From a virus: DNA of 64,000 nt. Both the position numbers and the translations under genes were made by a program. Under the pieces are notes generated by a model, which worked only from the letters and a program-made list of their open reading frames with translations, ran no database searches and was not told the DNA's origin. Every line of letters begins with the position of its first letter. The stretch's first letter is position 1. Positions 8,190-20,389 of this stretch are shown one piece after another. The stretch lies in IMG/VR virus record IMGVR_UViG_3300032288_004534, positions 6,406-70,405 of that record. The stretch is one strand, 5' to 3'.

Positions 8190-11100
8190 TCATGGATAAA
8201 CTTGAGCACCAGTAGAATCATATATGTATATTGGTGCAACAGTGGTTGCACCATCTGGATAACGGAATCCACCAGTAGATGAACGGATAATACCTGCAAC
8301 ATCAAGCGTTGTGTTTGGTGTCACAGTATTCACACCAATTCGGCTTGCATTTTTCTGAATGAATAGCTTGCCGCTACTGAAGTTTAGCACAGCAGGTGTG
8401 ATAGCTACAGTATTACCTGTTATTGTCAGTGTATTTGTAACGGCAGAACCAAGAACTGTATTGCCGGATACCGTTAGATTTGAATTGGCAAATAGTGTGC
8501 CATTGATTGTTGTTCTTTCTGCGGTCGCATTAGGATCACCAAGAACTGTGTTACCTGAGACATACAAGTTTTGACTAATTGCTGCTCGACCGGTATGAGA
8601 AATTAATCCAGTTGATATAATTGTCTTAGCGGCACCACCAAGTGTTGTATTGCCAGATACCGTCAGATTATTATCAATAGTCTGACGACCCGTAACAGTT
8701 AGCAGACCGGTAATACCAGTTGTTTTAGCAGCAGCACCAAATGTGGTGTTACCAGAAACCGTTAAATTTTGAGATATTGTTTGCAGTGTTGCAGCTATTG
8801 TACCACCGATAATTGTAGATACACCAGCTCGACCCATAGTTACTTGGCCCGCTGTTGTTGTTATAAGAACCGCAGCATTAGGATTAATATTAATGCTTGT
8901 AGCGCCTGATGCTGTAATACCACCATTAAATGTTGTATTACCTGATACTGTCAGATTGGTGCTAATTGTAGCACGTCCAGTATGAGATAATAAACCTGTG
9001 GTTGTGATTGTCTTAGCAGCAGCACCAAGTGTTGTATTACCAGATACCGTCAGATTATTATCAATAGTCTGACGGCCAGTAACAGTTAGCAGACCAGTGA
9101 TATCAGTTGTCTTAGCAGCAGCACCAAGTGTTGTATTGCCAGATACGGTCAGATTACCATTAGCTGCTAAAATTCCATTAACAATTGTTTTCTTTAAAGC
9201 TGTACCAAGGACGCTATTGCCTGTTACTGCCAAGCTTGTACCAATAGTTGCACGACCTGAATGTGCAAGCAATCCTGACGTTGTTAATGTCTTACCAGTA
9301 CCGCCTAAAGTTGTATTACCGGTATGAATTATATTGCAATTAGCATACAATGTTCCATTGATAATCGTGCGTTCTGCGGTATTTGCCGGATCACCAAGAA
9401 CAGTATTACCAAAGACATACAAATTATCTTTGATATTTTGAGAACCGTTAGCATTTAAACGACCATTTACTACCATGGTCTTAGCTGCGGCACCAAAGAC
9501 TGAATTACCTGAAACTCTAAAGCTAGTGGTTACTGTGGCCCTTCCGCTATGGGCTAGAAGTCCTGAAGTTGTAGGATTGATTTTTGTGACATATAATGTA
9601 GCAGCGTTAGCTACTTGCAATTTATCATCAATCAATGAACGAATTGCAGTATTGGTTGCTAGTAGATTGGTTCTAACATTTGTGATAGCAAGATTTGTAT
9701 TTGCTAGACGTGCATTTGCAGTTGACTTAGTTTCATATGTTGCGACAGCATTAGCAATCTGCAATCTATCCGCAATCAATGTGCGAAGTGCTGTATTGGT
9801 TGATGTTAAGTTATTTTTAGCATTTTCTATAGATGTATTTGTATTAGCTAGCCGTGCATTTGCTGAAGTTTTAGTTTCATATGTTGCGACAGCATTAGCA
9901 ACCTGCAATCTATCCGCAATCAATGTGCGAAGTGCTGTATTGGTAGAAGTCAAACCTGTCTTGACATTTGTAATGGCAAGATTTGTATTAGCTAATTGGC
10001 TTTTAATGAAAGAATTGGTATTAGCTAAGGCCGCACGTTCTACTGCCTTTGTTTGATAGATTGTGGCAGCATTAGCAACTTGTAATCTATCTGAAATCAA
10101 AGTGCGAAGTGCGGTATTGGTTCCTGTCAGATTTGTATTAAGTCTACCAATAGCAAGATTTGTGTTTGCTAAGGCCGCACGTTCTATTACTTTTGTCTGA
10201 TATATCGCAGCAGCATTAGCAACCTGTAATCTATCCGCAATCAATGTTCGAAGTGCAGTATTAGTAGAAGTCAGACCTGTCTTGACATTTGTGATTGCCT
10301 GATTAGTATTAGCTAAGGCCGCACGTTCTACCGCTTTTGTTTGATAAATTGCAACTGCATTAGCAACTTGTAATCTATCTGAAATCAAAGTACGAAGTGC
10401 AGTATTGGTTGATGTTAGACCGGTCTTGACATTTGTTATAGCTTGATTTGTATTGGCTAAAGCTGCCCGTTCTATAGCTTTGGTCTGGTATGTCGCAGCA
10501 GCATTAGCAACCTGTAACCTATCATCAATTAAAATACGAAGTGCAGTATTGGTTGATGTTAGACCGGTCTTGACATTTGTTATAGCTTGATTAGTATTAG
10601 CCAATTGACTCTTGATGAAAGAGTTGGTATTAGCTAAGGCCGCACGTTCTACCGCTTTTGTTTGATAAATTGCAACTGCATTAGCAACTTGTAATCTATC
10701 ATTTATTAATAATCTTGTAGCAGCATTCTGTGCATAGCGACCTTCAAGATCATTTCCATTTATTACAATCTTTGGTGTTCTTAACACATTCATGTTAAGA
10801 TTTGCAAGTTTAAATGATGAATCTGCAATTACTATATTTGTATTTGGTTCAAAATCATATTCACCAAATAGATGGAATTCTTTAGTTCCAGAATCTCTAA
10901 AGAAACCTGCATGTCTGCCGTTACCATAGTGGCCAAAGAAACCAATATCTAGATTATCTGTTACACTATTTGCGGCAAGATGCAAAAGACCATCATCTGT
11001 GGTTATTGTTATTAACCGATTAAATGTTGTATTTCCTGTAACAACTAATTTGCCTGCTATTGTTACATTTGCTGAGAAATTAACATTACCAGCAATAGAT

Positions 11101-14100
11101 TGTGCTGAACTTGTTGTTTTACTCAGGAAATTTGTATTGACATATGTGTTAGCTGCTGCATATGCCTTTGTTGCAAATTTAGCATTCGCATTAGAAATTT
11201 GCAGTCTATCCGCGATTAATGTGCGAAGCGCAGTATTGGTGCCAGTTAGATTTGTATTCAGGTTACCAATCGCAAGATTTGTATTAGCCAAACGAGCATT
11301 TGCAGTTGATTTGGTTTCATATGTCGCAACTGCATTGGCAACTTGCAGACGGTCAGATATCAGCGTGCGAAGTGCAGTATTGGTTGATGTCAAATTATTC
11401 TTGACATTTGTGATTGCTTGATTGGTATTGGCCAAACGAGCATTTGCAGTTGATTTGGTTTCATATGTCGCAACTGCATTGGCAACTTGCAGACGGTCAT
11501 CAATTAACGTGCGAAGTGCAGTGTTGGTGCCAGTCAGATTGCTATTAACTAAAGTAATTCGGCTTGCTTCATTTGTTATTCTTGTATTGGTATTAGCAAG
11601 CTGACTCTTAATGAAAGAATTTGTATTTGCTAGACGAGCATTTGCCGTAGATTTTGTTTCATACGTAGCAACGGCATTGGCAACTTGCAGACGGTCATCA
11701 ATTAACGTGCGAAGTGCAGTGTTGGTTGATGTCAGATTAGTCTTGACATTACCAATTGCTTGATTGGTATTTGCAAGAGCAGCACGTTCAATAACTTTAG
11801 TCTGATAAATCGCGGATGCATTAGCAACCTGTAATCTATCAGCAATCAACGTGCGAAGTGCAGTATTGGTTGATGTCAAATTGGTTTTGACATTTATGAT
11901 TGATTGATTGGTATTAGCTAAAGCCGAATTAAATGTTGCATTAGATACAAATCCAGTACCTGATGCAACAGATGCAATATAAGCATTTGTATTGGCAAGA
12001 ATTTGCTTAACATAAGTGTTAGATGCAGCATAAGCTTTCGTTGCAAATTTAGCATCTGCATTAGCAATTTGTAAACGATCACGAATTAAAGTGCGTAAAG
12101 CTGTATTTGTACCAGTCAGATTATTGTTTAGATTGTTAATTGCTAAATTGGTATTAGCAAGTGCGGCACGTTCAGTCGATTTTGATTGATACAAATTATC
12201 CGCATTGGCAACTTGCAATCTATCTGCAATCAATAAGCGTAGAGCCGTATTGGTCGATGATAGATTATTTTTGGTATTGTTAATTGCAAGATTAGTATTA
12301 GCAAGTTGGCTTTTGATGAATGAATTGGTATTTGCAAGACGGGAATCTGATGTAACTTTTGTTTCATAGGTTGCAGCCGCATTAGTCACTTGCAATCTAT
12401 TTGAAATCAATGCACGAAGTGAAGTATTGGTACCAGTTAGATTTGTGTTCAGATTACCAATCGCAAGATTAGTATTCGCAAGACGTGAGTTAGAAATTGT
12501 CTTAGTTTCATAAGTTGCAGCAGCATTGGCAACTTGCAGACGGTCAGAAATCAAACCACGTAGAGCTGTATTTGTACCTGTTAGATTACCATTTAGATTA
12601 CCAATCGCAAGATTTGTATTGGCCAGACGTGAATTGGCTGTAACTTTTGTCTCATAGGTTGCGGCAGCATTGGAAACCTGCAATCTATCTGAAATCAAAA
12701 TACGAAGTGCAGTATTGGTACCAGTCAATGATGACCAAGATGCTTTAGATGCAATATAAGAATTGGTATTTGCTAATATCTGATTGACATAAGAATTAGC
12801 AGCCTTAGTACCAATTAGACTTGTGATACTTGTTGAGAAATTGGCATTATTAGCTAAAGCATTAGCAAGCTCTGATAATGTATTCAGGGTTGTTGGTGCT
12901 GAATTTACCAAAGCTGATATTGATGAATCAACATATTGACGAATAGACGTATTGGTGCTGGTCAATGCAGACCATGTTGCTCTAGTCGCAATATAAGAAT
13001 TGGTATTAGCAAGACGTGAATTAGCCGTAACTTTTGTTTCATAGGTTGCAGCCGCATTAGCAACTTGAAGTCTATCTGAAATCAAACCACGTAGAGCTGT
13101 ATTTGTACCTGTCAGATTAGTTTTGACATTGGTAATTGATAAATTAGTATTTGCAAGACGTGAATTGGCCAATACCTTTGTTTCATAGGTAGCAGCAGCA
13201 TTTGATACTTGCAATCTATCCGCAATTAGTATGCGGAGTGCAGTATTGGTACCTGTCAGATTTGTATTCAAATTACCAATAGCAAGATTTGTATTGGCCA
13301 GCGCAGATTTAAATGTACCCTCGGATACTCCACCACCACTAGCTACAACAGAAGCAATATAAGCATTAGTATTCGCAAGAATTTGTTTGACATATGCATT
13401 AGATGCTGCATATGCTTTTGTTGCAAATTTAGCATCTGCATTAGTAACTTGCAATCTATCAGCAATCAAAGTACGTAAAGACGTATTTGTAGATTGAATA
13501 TTGCTACGAATATTAATAATTGATTGATTAGTATTTGCAAGAATCTGTTTTACATATGTATTAGATGCTTTTAAACCAATTGAAGTTGTGATCGTAGTAG
13601 AAAAATTAGAATCATTACCTAAAGCAATTGCCAATTCTTTTAAGGTATTTAAAGTTGTAGGAGCAGAATTGACTAATGCAGATACAGATGAATCAACATA
13701 TTGACGAATAGATGTATTGGTGCTAGTTAAAGCAGACCATGTTGCTCTAGTCGCAATATAAGAATTGGTATTAGCAAGAGCGGCTCGTTCAATTGCTTTT
13801 GTTTGATATATTGCAGCGGCATTAGCCACTTGCAATCTATCTGATATCAAAATACGAAGTGCAGTATTGGTAGAAGTCAAACCTGTCTTGACATTAGTAA
13901 TCGCAAGATTTGTATTAGCTAAGGTCGCATTAAATGTTGTATTAGAAACACCGCCGCCACCTGCTGATACCGATGCGATATATGCATTTGTATTAGCCAG
14001 GATCTGCTTTACATAGGTGTTAGAAGCCGCATATGATTTGGTAGCAAATTTGGCATCCGCATTAGATACTTGCAATCTATCTGATATCAAAGTACGAAGT

Positions 14101-16031
14101 GCAGTATTGGTACCAGTTAGATTTGTTTTGACATTTGTTATAGCTTGATTAGTATTAGCTAATGCAGCATTAAATGTACCTACAGATACACCACCACCAC
14201 CTGAAACAATAGATGCGATATATGCATTTGTATTTGCTAAATCAAGTTTTGCTTGATTTATGGTTTGATATGTCGCAACTGCATTAGCAACTTGTAATCT
14301 ATTCTTAATTGCAATGTTGGTATTTGCAAGACGAGCATTGGCCGTAGCTTTTGTTTCATAGGTTGCAGCAGCATTAGCCACTTGCAATCTATCTGATATC
14401 AAAGTACGTAATGCGGTATTAGTACCAGTAAGATTTGTATTTAAGTTACTAATAGCAAGATTAGTATTAGCAAGCCCACCACTACCTGATGATACTGATG
14501 CGATATATGCATTGGTATTTGCTAGAATCTGTTTAACATATGTGTTAGATGCAGCATAAGCTTTTGTTGCAAATTTGGCATTTGCATTAGCAACTTGTAA
14601 TCTATCTTTAATTGCAATATTAGTATTAGCTAAAGCCGCATTGAATGTTGCATTAGAAACGCCGCCACCACCTGCTGATACAGATGCAATATATGCATTG
14701 GTATTAGCAAGGATTTGCTTTACATAGGTATTAGAAGCGGCATAAGCTTTAGTAGCAAATTTTGCATTTGCGTTAGCTACCTGCAAACGGTCTGCAACCA
14801 ATGTTCTGATAGCAGTATTTGTGCCAGTCAGATTTGTATTAAGGCGCCCAATAGCAAGGTTTGTATTAGCTAACGCCGCATTAAATGTACCTACAGATAC
14901 ACCGCCGCCCCCAGATACTATTGATGCGATATATGCATTTGTATTTGCTAAATCAAGTTTTGATTGGCTTATTGTTTGATATGTTGCAACTGCATTAGCA
15001 ACTTGCAATCTAGTTTTAATTGCAGCATTGGTGTTGGCAAGAGCAGCACGCTCTACAGCTTTTGTCTGATATGTTGCAGCCGCATTAGAAACTTGTAATC
15101 TATCAGAGATTAAAGTACGCAGTGCAGTATTAGTGCTAGTTAAATTACCTTTAACATTTGCAATCGCAAGATTTGTATTAGCCAAAATCTGCTTAACATA
15201 TGTGTTAGATGCTGCATAAGCTTTACTAGCATATGTGTCAGTAAGATATGCATTTGATACCAAAGTTTCTGTTTGGCCTGATTGCGTGATAACCTTAAGC
15301 TGTCCTGTTGCACTAGATTTTAGAACAGTATTTCCTAAAAATATAGTGCTACCACTTAGATACAGATTTGCATATCTACGCCCAGGTGAACCAATATTGA
15401 AAGTATTATTTGATGAAGGAATAATAGCACGTGTCTGAATAGTAGTGGTAAAATTATTAGTGGCCCCACCACCGCCACCACCACCAACTATTGTATTAGC
15501 TTGCCATTTACCTAGAGTCTCATTCCATACTAAAGCTTGCCCGTCTGTAGCAGCATCAACAGAATTGATATCAACATCATCAAGACGATTTAATTTTGTC
15601 TCACCAGATCCACCATGCTTTGCTGCTAATGCAAGACGAGTTGCTTGTGAGCTAACTCTCTGTGAAAGTTCATCAAATTTGTTAGTAAGTTTTTCTTCAA
15701 CAGAAGACACGTCTCCCGCAGGGCCTTGAGGACCTACTGGACCTACTGGACCGCGATCACCCTTTTCGCCTTGTGGACCTGCAGGACCAATATCACCCTT
15801 TTCGCCTTTTTCTCCTTTAGGACCTTGCGCTCCTACTGGACCAGGAATACCAGGAAGACCACGATCACCTTTAGGACCAGCGGGCCCACCAGATGGACCC
15901 TGAGGCCCTTCAGGTCCTTGAGGTATCTTGCGAATTTCCTCAAGCAGCTTATTTTCAACTTTGTCGGCTTCATTTTGAGCAGCCTTTAATGCGGCCGCAA
16001 GTATTTTAGCTGCTTCTATGGAAAGAGTCAC
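8190..16031 (-). CDS. 2613-aa repeat fibre protein
   Basis: N-terminal Gly-X-Y collagen tract; about 29 DRLQVANA coiled-coil repeats; two [17 protein letters not shown] tail-fibre motifs; C-terminal [10 protein letters not shown] beta repeats. Confidence 0.85.
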   Translation of the reverse strand: MTLSIEAAKILAAALKAAQNEADKVENKLLEEIRKIPQGPEGPQGPSGGPAGPKGDRGLPGIPGPVGAQGPKGEKGEKGDIGPAGPQGEKGDRGPVGPVGPQGPAGDVSSVEEKLTNKFDELSQRVSSQATRLALAAKHGGSGETKLNRLDDVDINSVDAATDGQALVWNETLGKWQANTIVGGGGGGGATNNFTTTIQTRAIIPSSNNTFNIGSPGRRYANLYLSGSTIFLGNTVLKSSATGQLKVITQSGQTETLVSNAYLTDTYASKAYAASNTYVKQILANTNLAIANVKGNLTSTNTALRTLISDRLQVSNAAATYQTKAVERAALANTNAAIKTRLQVANAVATYQTISQSKLDLANTNAYIASIVSGGGGVSVGTFNAALANTNLAIGRLNTNLTGTNTAIRTLVADRLQVANANAKFATKAYAASNTYVKQILANTNAYIASVSAGGGGVSNATFNAALANTNIAIKDRLQVANANAKFATKAYAASNTYVKQILANTNAYIASVSSGSGGLANTNLAISNLNTNLTGTNTALRTLISDRLQVANAAATYETKATANARLANTNIAIKNRLQVANAVATYQTINQAKLDLANTNAYIASIVSGGGGVSVGTFNAALANTNQAITNVKTNLTGTNTALRTLISDRLQVSNADAKFATKSYAASNTYVKQILANTNAYIASVSAGGGGVSNTTFNATLANTNLAITNVKTGLTSTNTALRILISDRLQVANAAAIYQTKAIERAALANTNSYIATRATWSALTSTNTSIRQYVDSSVSALVNSAPTTLNTLKELAIALGNDSNFSTTITTSIGLKASNTYVKQILANTNQSIINIRSNIQSTNTSLRTLIADRLQVTNADAKFATKAYAASNAYVKQILANTNAYIASVVASGGGVSEGTFKSALANTNLAIGNLNTNLTGTNTALRILIADRLQVSNAAATYETKVLANSRLANTNLSITNVKTNLTGTNTALRGLISDRLQVANAAATYETKVTANSRLANTNSYIATRATWSALTSTNTSIRQYVDSSISALVNSAPTTLNTLSELANALANNANFSTSITSLIGTKAANSYVNQILANTNSYIASKASWSSLTGTNTALRILISDRLQVSNAAATYETKVTANSRLANTNLAIGNLNGNLTGTNTALRGLISDRLQVANAAATYETKTISNSRLANTNLAIGNLNTNLTGTNTSLRALISNRLQVTNAAATYETKVTSDSRLANTNSFIKSQLANTNLAINNTKNNLSSTNTALRLLIADRLQVANADNLYQSKSTERAALANTNLAINNLNNNLTGTNTALRTLIRDRLQIANADAKFATKAYAASNTYVKQILANTNAYIASVASGTGFVSNATFNSALANTNQSIINVKTNLTSTNTALRTLIADRLQVANASAIYQTKVIERAALANTNQAIGNVKTNLTSTNTALRTLIDDRLQVANAVATYETKSTANARLANTNSFIKSQLANTNTRITNEASRITLVNSNLTGTNTALRTLIDDRLQVANAVATYETKSTANARLANTNQAITNVKNNLTSTNTALRTLISDRLQVANAVATYETKSTANARLANTNLAIGNLNTNLTGTNTALRTLIADRLQISNANAKFATKAYAAANTYVNTNFLSKTTSSAQSIAGNVNFSANVTIAGKLVVTGNTTFNRLITITTDDGLLHLAANSVTDNLDIGFFGHYGNGRHAGFFRDSGTKEFHLFGEYDFEPNTNIVIADSSFKLANLNMNVLRTPKIVINGNDLEGRYAQNAATRLLINDRLQVANAVAIYQTKAVERAALANTNSFIKSQLANTNQAITNVKTGLTSTNTALRILIDDRLQVANAAATYQTKAIERAALANTNQAITNVKTGLTSTNTALRTLISDRLQVANAVAIYQTKAVERAALANTNQAITNVKTGLTSTNTALRTLIADRLQVANAAAIYQTKVIERAALANTNLAIGRLNTNLTGTNTALRTLISDRLQVANAATIYQTKAVERAALANTNSFIKSQLANTNLAITNVKTGLTSTNTALRTLIADRLQVANAVATYETKTSANARLANTNTSIENAKNNLTSTNTALRTLIADRLQIANAVATYETKSTANARLANTNLAITNVRTNLLATNTAIRSLIDDKLQVANAATLYVTKINPTTSGLLAHSGRATVTTSFRVSGNSVFGAAAKTMVVNGRLNANGSQNIKDNLYVFGNTVLGDPANTAERTIINGTLYANCNIIHTGNTTLGGTGKTLTTSGLLAHSGRATIGTSLAVTGNSVLGTALKKTIVNGILAANGNLTVSGNTTLGAAAKTTDITGLLTVTGRQTIDNNLTVSGNTTLGAAAKTITTTGLLSHTGRATISTNLTVSGNTTFNGGITASGATSININPNAAVLITTTAGQVTMGRAGVSTIIGGTIAATLQTISQNLTVSGNTTFGAAAKTTGITGLLTVTGRQTIDNNLTVSGNTTLGGAAKTIISTGLISHTGRAAISQNLYVSGNTVLGDPNATAERTTINGTLFANSNLTVSGNTVLGSAVTNTLTITGNTVAITPAVLNFSSGKLFIQKNASRIGVNTVTPNTTLDVAGIIRSSTGGFRYPDGATTVAPIYIYDSTGAQVYP
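9600..15200 (-). repeat. Degenerate coding tandem repeats (about 47-aa unit)
   Basis: Recurrent LANTNLAI...LT(S/G)TNTALRTLI(S/A)DRLQVANA; one non-repeat interruption near 10700-11140. Confidence 0.9.
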
Positions 16032-16035
16032 TATC

Positions 16036-17748
16036 TTAACCCCTTGACCTATTAGACGTATTTAATGTATCTTCAGCATCATATGTGCCTATCTTAGTTA
16101 TATCTATAGGGTCTCCCTCATTTAGTATTTCTATAGCTTTAGTCATAGATTCTATCAACATTTTTTCTTCATCAGACAATGGTTTATTACTTGATTCATT
16201 TTTCTGATCAGGTTCATCTAGCATCTGTTCAGGTTCAGTTTTCTTAGCCTGAATTGCTTGATCCATTTCATCGGCCGAAGCTTCTTGCATTTCAGATTCC
16301 ATTTCTTCAATTTCTTCATCAGTAAATCGAAGAACGTTTTTCTGCACCCATTCTTTTGTATAGAATTGATTAATATAAGGTGATATTGTATTCAGCAGCT
16401 GTAGGCGAGATGTCAACACCTCTTGATCTTTTAGCTCTGAAAAATAATTGTCTTTCTGGAAATCATATTTGATATATGACCGCATCTCACGCCATTCTTC
16501 GCGTGACATCACACCTTTAAGCGCAAGCTGAATTTCCATGAGATGATCAAATAGCATTGTAAAACGATGACGGAGACGACCAATGAAACGAGAGAATTTT
16601 ACTTCATCTCTGGTAATTTCATTTGAGCGTCCTAAGCTAAATTGACCATCTGGCTCAAGACGTGAAATCGGTACTGACAATGATTGATATAATTTCTTTC
16701 TGAAATAATCAACATCTGCCATTTCACCAAGATTTTGACCACCAGGCAATGTAGTAATTTCTGTACCACGGGCACCTTCACGGCGAGGCAACCAGAAATC
16801 TTCAAGCATGGTCATGAATTTGCGGTCGTCACGAACCTCACCTGTCGATGCATCATATACCAAACGATTCTTATGACGAATCATCATATCACGCAAATAT
16901 TGCTCAGCTTTAGGCTTAGGTAGATTACCTACGTCAATATAGAATATGCGACGTTCAGGTGCGCGACTTAGGCGATAGATCACAACCGCATCTTCTAACA
17001 TGCGTGTCTGATTAAGAGGCTTGATAGCTTTATGCAGATGTGATAGCACCATACGATTGCGATTATCAAGTATACCTGAATTTACATAGCAGATTGAATC
17101 AGGTGAAATCTTGATGCCTTGTGAATATGCTGCACCTGCAAGGCCTGCAGGATTATACAAATAATATTCTGAATAGGCAGGAACTGTGGGATTCTTATCC
17201 TTAGTCGCATCGCCATTTTCTTTTTTCTGAGGTACGCGAACCTTGCGAATACGGCGCGGATCAACATAACGTAGCTCTTTAATACCATCACGAGGTTTAG
17301 CTACGTCAATCATGATATGATAATAAAGACGACCATCAACATACCAACGACGGAATATCTCATAACAAATATTTGAAAAATCTAATAGCTCAAGAATTTC
17401 TTCAAATTCTTCTTCTATACGTTTCTTAATACGTGTGGGTTGTTTGAGATCATCCATAGAAAGACGAACAACAGAAGCATCTTGATCGGTAACTAATGCT
17501 TCATTGACAATGTCATCTACAGCAGCTTCAACTTCTGGATTCATAGACATTTCGCGATAGCGAGTAATAAGCTCGGCCTCGCTTTTAGCAGTGCCTTCTA
17601 AATCAACAAATGTTCCGTAAGCGCCGCCAGGTGCGATTTCAACCGCGCCGTCATCCTTCTGTTCCGGAACGAATGACGGGATCTGTACAGCCCTTTTGGC
17701 GTCTTCGTCAGCCTTGCCGATACGGAAGCCAAATAGCTCTATAGCCAT
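16036..17748 (-). CDS. 20: Portal protein gp20
   Basis: [39 protein letters not shown]; acidic C-terminal extension. Confidence 0.97.
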   Translation of the reverse strand: MAIELFGFRIGKADEDAKRAVQIPSFVPEQKDDGAVEIAPGGAYGTFVDLEGTAKSEAELITRYREMSMNPEVEAAVDDIVNEALVTDQDASVVRLSMDDLKQPTRIKKRIEEEFEEILELLDFSNICYEIFRRWYVDGRLYYHIMIDVAKPRDGIKELRYVDPRRIRKVRVPQKKENGDATKDKNPTVPAYSEYYLYNPAGLAGAAYSQGIKISPDSICYVNSGILDNRNRMVLSHLHKAIKPLNQTRMLEDAVVIYRLSRAPERRIFYIDVGNLPKPKAEQYLRDMMIRHKNRLVYDASTGEVRDDRKFMTMLEDFWLPRREGARGTEITTLPGGQNLGEMADVDYFRKKLYQSLSVPISRLEPDGQFSLGRSNEITRDEVKFSRFIGRLRHRFTMLFDHLMEIQLALKGVMSREEWREMRSYIKYDFQKDNYFSELKDQEVLTSRLQLLNTISPYINQFYTKEWVQKNVLRFTDEEIEEMESEMQEASADEMDQAIQAKKTEPEQMLDEPDQKNESSNKPLSDEEKMLIESMTKAIEILNEGDPIDITKIGTYDAEDTLNTSNRSRG

Positions 17749-17759
17749 GAGAATCCCTC

Positions 17760-17794
17760 AAAAAAAATAGGTCCGCCATATTTAGCGGACCTAT
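17760..17794 (-). terminator. Terminator after gp19 with embedded late promoter-like CTAAATA
   Basis: ATAGGTCCGC-TAAATATG-GCGGACCTAT then poly-T on minus strand. Confidence 0.75.
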
Positions 17795-17818
17795 CGTAAG
17801 TTCCGCTGACTGTAGCTA

Positions 17819-18376
17819 TTATACTGTCAGCGTACCAGTTGTACCTGGGTTAACTAGATCCCAGTAGTCATAAGCAAATTCCACACCGAACGTTTCGATC
17901 TGGTCCCCATTTTCCCAAGATAGATCGATTGCTCCAATATCTACTGGGAAAATATTGACAAATCTATATGTGCGGATTGATTCGCCAGTCTTAGCAAACT
18001 GTGTCACAGTAGCTGTAGTGCGATATGAAGCTGTTGTTGAGAGCTGTGGCGCACGCAAGTTAGCTTGGTGGCGATTGATCTCATTGCTCCATACTTCCAT
18101 TGCTTGACGAACTTGGAAATCTTCATCATTGAGAATTTCCACTCTCCAGTTCGGAAAGGTGCGCGTTCCAGCAACTTTGATACGTCTACCATAATATGCG
18201 GGTTCGATCACTGTCAATGTGCTAGATGGAATCTGAGCAGCACGGCATGTGAAAGCAACACGAGCTCCTACATTAGGAACACCAGAAGGCGTATCGATAA
18301 TAACATTAAAGAGCGACGGACGGGCACCACCAAGTGGTAACCCTGCCGAAGCAAACTCTGAAATATTGAAGGCCAT
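17819..18376 (-). CDS. 19: Tail tube gp19
   Basis: GGARPSLF, GRRIKVAGTRTF, NDEDF, IDLSW, FAYDYW. Confidence 0.95.
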   Translation of the reverse strand: MAFNISEFASAGLPLGGARPSLFNVIIDTPSGVPNVGARVAFTCRAAQIPSSTLTVIEPAYYGRRIKVAGTRTFPNWRVEILNDEDFQVRQAMEVWSNEINRHQANLRAPQLSTTASYRTTATVTQFAKTGESIRTYRFVNIFPVDIGAIDLSWENGDQIETFGVEFAYDYWDLVNPGTTGTLTV

Positions 18377-18401
18377 CTCTTAACTCTCCTTTGCCCGCGC
18401 C

Positions 18402-20330
18402 TTAGAAGTTGCCAACAATTTCAGAGAACTCGACGCCGGTGCGGACGGCAACAAAGTTCAACTGGATGAAATTGATCGAGCGAGCTGGCTTCACATAAAT
18501 GTCACCAACAAACTCGTTACGGTCAATTACTTCAGGGGTATTGTTAGATTCATCACAGACCACACGGAAATCATAGATCCCACGACGTCCTTGAACGTCA
18601 CGTAGGAACGGCTCAACCAAATTACGGAACTGAGCGCGAGTAAATTCATCATTGAACTCAAACAGCGTAAATTTGGCTGCTGTAGCAATCGCCTTCTCAA
18701 GAACTATAAACAATCTGCGAACATTGACGCGGTCAAATGCAGACGGCTTCGCAAGAAGAGTCTTATCACCAAATAGCACTGTGCCTTGACCAGGGAATGT
18801 TACAACAGGATTGATGCCGCTCTTATACAGCTGATCACGTTGACCCTTTGTTGGATTTGTCGCAAGCTTGATCACGTTCTTGACCTGACCGCGATTAAAT
18901 CCAGCAGGTGAGAACCAGGGATCACGCTCGTTATCGGTACGAACCATCAGACCTGCTGTGTCACCATTTAGCGGTACATAACGATAGATGTCATTATATT
19001 TGTCATAGATGTATTTGTAACCGCTATCAAGAACCGCATAAGAAGATGACGGTAGGCTGTTGCGATATGAGATGGTATCATCAACATCTTTACCAACATA
19101 TCCCGAATTATTTACTACGTCTGAACGACGAGGTGAAATAACTGCGATACAGTCTTTACGAACTTCGGCGATATTATTGATAAGATGCACGGCCTTAGTC
19201 AAATTACCGTCACCACCAAGAATTAGCGATACATCAACTTCTTCAGGATTATTGAATTTGTTATAACCGTTGATATAATCGGCCGAGCGAGGTGATGCTC
19301 CATCACGTCCAAGAACAAATGAATTATTGATTGGGAGACCTTGAGAGCCAAGACCAAAATTCGTACCACTTGCCAAATTACCTATGCTGGTAACACCAGT
19401 TAGATTGGCTGTCCACCAAGCATATGAAGAACGATCATTGATTACCGTCTTATAATACAAGGCATTACCATCTTCGGAAATTGCATCTGATGCTTTTGAC
19501 ACATTTGAGAATCGCTCAAGCACAGTATTTGCTGCGCCTGACCAAACCCCAGTTTCGTCGGCAACAACGATATGCATTTCATCATTTGACCCGCCTCTCA
19601 AGCGAGCAAAATCTGAAGTACCAGGAGCTGAATCAAAATAATTGTAAAATTCCCAACGACGAGTTGTTGTTTGACCAGTCGCGGTATTTCCAACATATTT
19701 GTTACGCAATGTAAGAGATGTACCATTAGAAACAGATGAAACTATGACCTCAGTCTTATCAGGACCAGCTAATAGAATATCACCCACACGAATTTGTGAT
19801 GAGAATGATGTGCCAGAACCAGAGACAGTTGTAGAATTATTCGTAAAAGTCAAAGTTCCAGTGAGCACGCTTGACCAAGCATTTGTTGTCGGACAGACGG
19901 AAATGCGAAGGGCATTTCCTTTAGCACCTGGATATTTGGCAACCCAGTGCCCAACACCAGTAATACCTGATGAATAATTTGCTTGATAATCATCATCATT
20001 TTTGATTATTGTATTTTGAGTATTTGATGATGTGGTAATAGCATTACGGCCGCTGCTTGTCGTACCAGCTTCATTAATGACGCGCACGACGTACAGCTTA
20101 TTACCGTAACCTAGAAAACTAGCTGCCGTGAAAAAGTCTGCGGCTGTGTTAGCATTTGGCTTTCCATACTGACTAACTAGAACATCTTCAGATTCAATCA
20201 AGACCCTTTTTTGAACGGGGCCCCAATTAAAATGTCCAGCAATACCACCTTCTGTTGTGCTAACAGCAGGGACGATCGTAGTTAGATCGATTTCGCTGAC
20301 GTTCACGCCGGGAGAAACTTGAAATGGCAT
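18402..20330 (-). CDS. 18: Tail sheath gp18
   Basis: MPFQVSPGV.VSEIDLT, PWFSPAGFNRG, FDRVNVRRLF, KPARSINFIQLNF. Confidence 0.97.
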   Translation of the reverse strand: MPFQVSPGVNVSEIDLTTIVPAVSTTEGGIAGHFNWGPVQKRVLIESEDVLVSQYGKPNANTAADFFTAASFLGYGNKLYVVRVINEAGTTSSGRNAITTSSNTQNTIIKNDDDYQANYSSGITGVGHWVAKYPGAKGNALRISVCPTTNAWSSVLTGTLTFTNNSTTVSGSGTSFSSQIRVGDILLAGPDKTEVIVSSVSNGTSLTLRNKYVGNTATGQTTTRRWEFYNYFDSAPGTSDFARLRGGSNDEMHIVVADETGVWSGAANTVLERFSNVSKASDAISEDGNALYYKTVINDRSSYAWWTANLTGVTSIGNLASGTNFGLGSQGLPINNSFVLGRDGASPRSADYINGYNKFNNPEEVDVSLILGGDGNLTKAVHLINNIAEVRKDCIAVISPRRSDVVNNSGYVGKDVDDTISYRNSLPSSSYAVLDSGYKYIYDKYNDIYRYVPLNGDTAGLMVRTDNERDPWFSPAGFNRGQVKNVIKLATNPTKGQRDQLYKSGINPVVTFPGQGTVLFGDKTLLAKPSAFDRVNVRRLFIVLEKAIATAAKFTLFEFNDEFTRAQFRNLVEPFLRDVQGRRGIYDFRVVCDESNNTPEVIDRNEFVGDIYVKPARSINFIQLNFVAVRTGVEFSEIVGNF

Positions 20331-20372
20331 GATCATTACCTCCTAAGGTGTTTGATGTCTTTCCATCGTCGA

Positions 20373-20380
20373 TATTTATA
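20373..20380 (-). promoter_or_regulatory. Late promoter TATAAATA (gp18)
   Basis: Exact match, intergenic. Confidence 0.8.
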
Positions 20381-20389
20381 AAAAAGCCA

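Noticed and set aside
9600-15200. Regularly spaced DNA repeats resembling a CRISPR array
   Set aside because: Degenerate at third codon positions, in frame in one ORF, no unique spacers.
8359-15989. Several + strand ORFs (e.g. 9475-10056, 10999-11421)
   Set aside because: Antisense shadows of the repetitive fibre gene with no recognisable domains.
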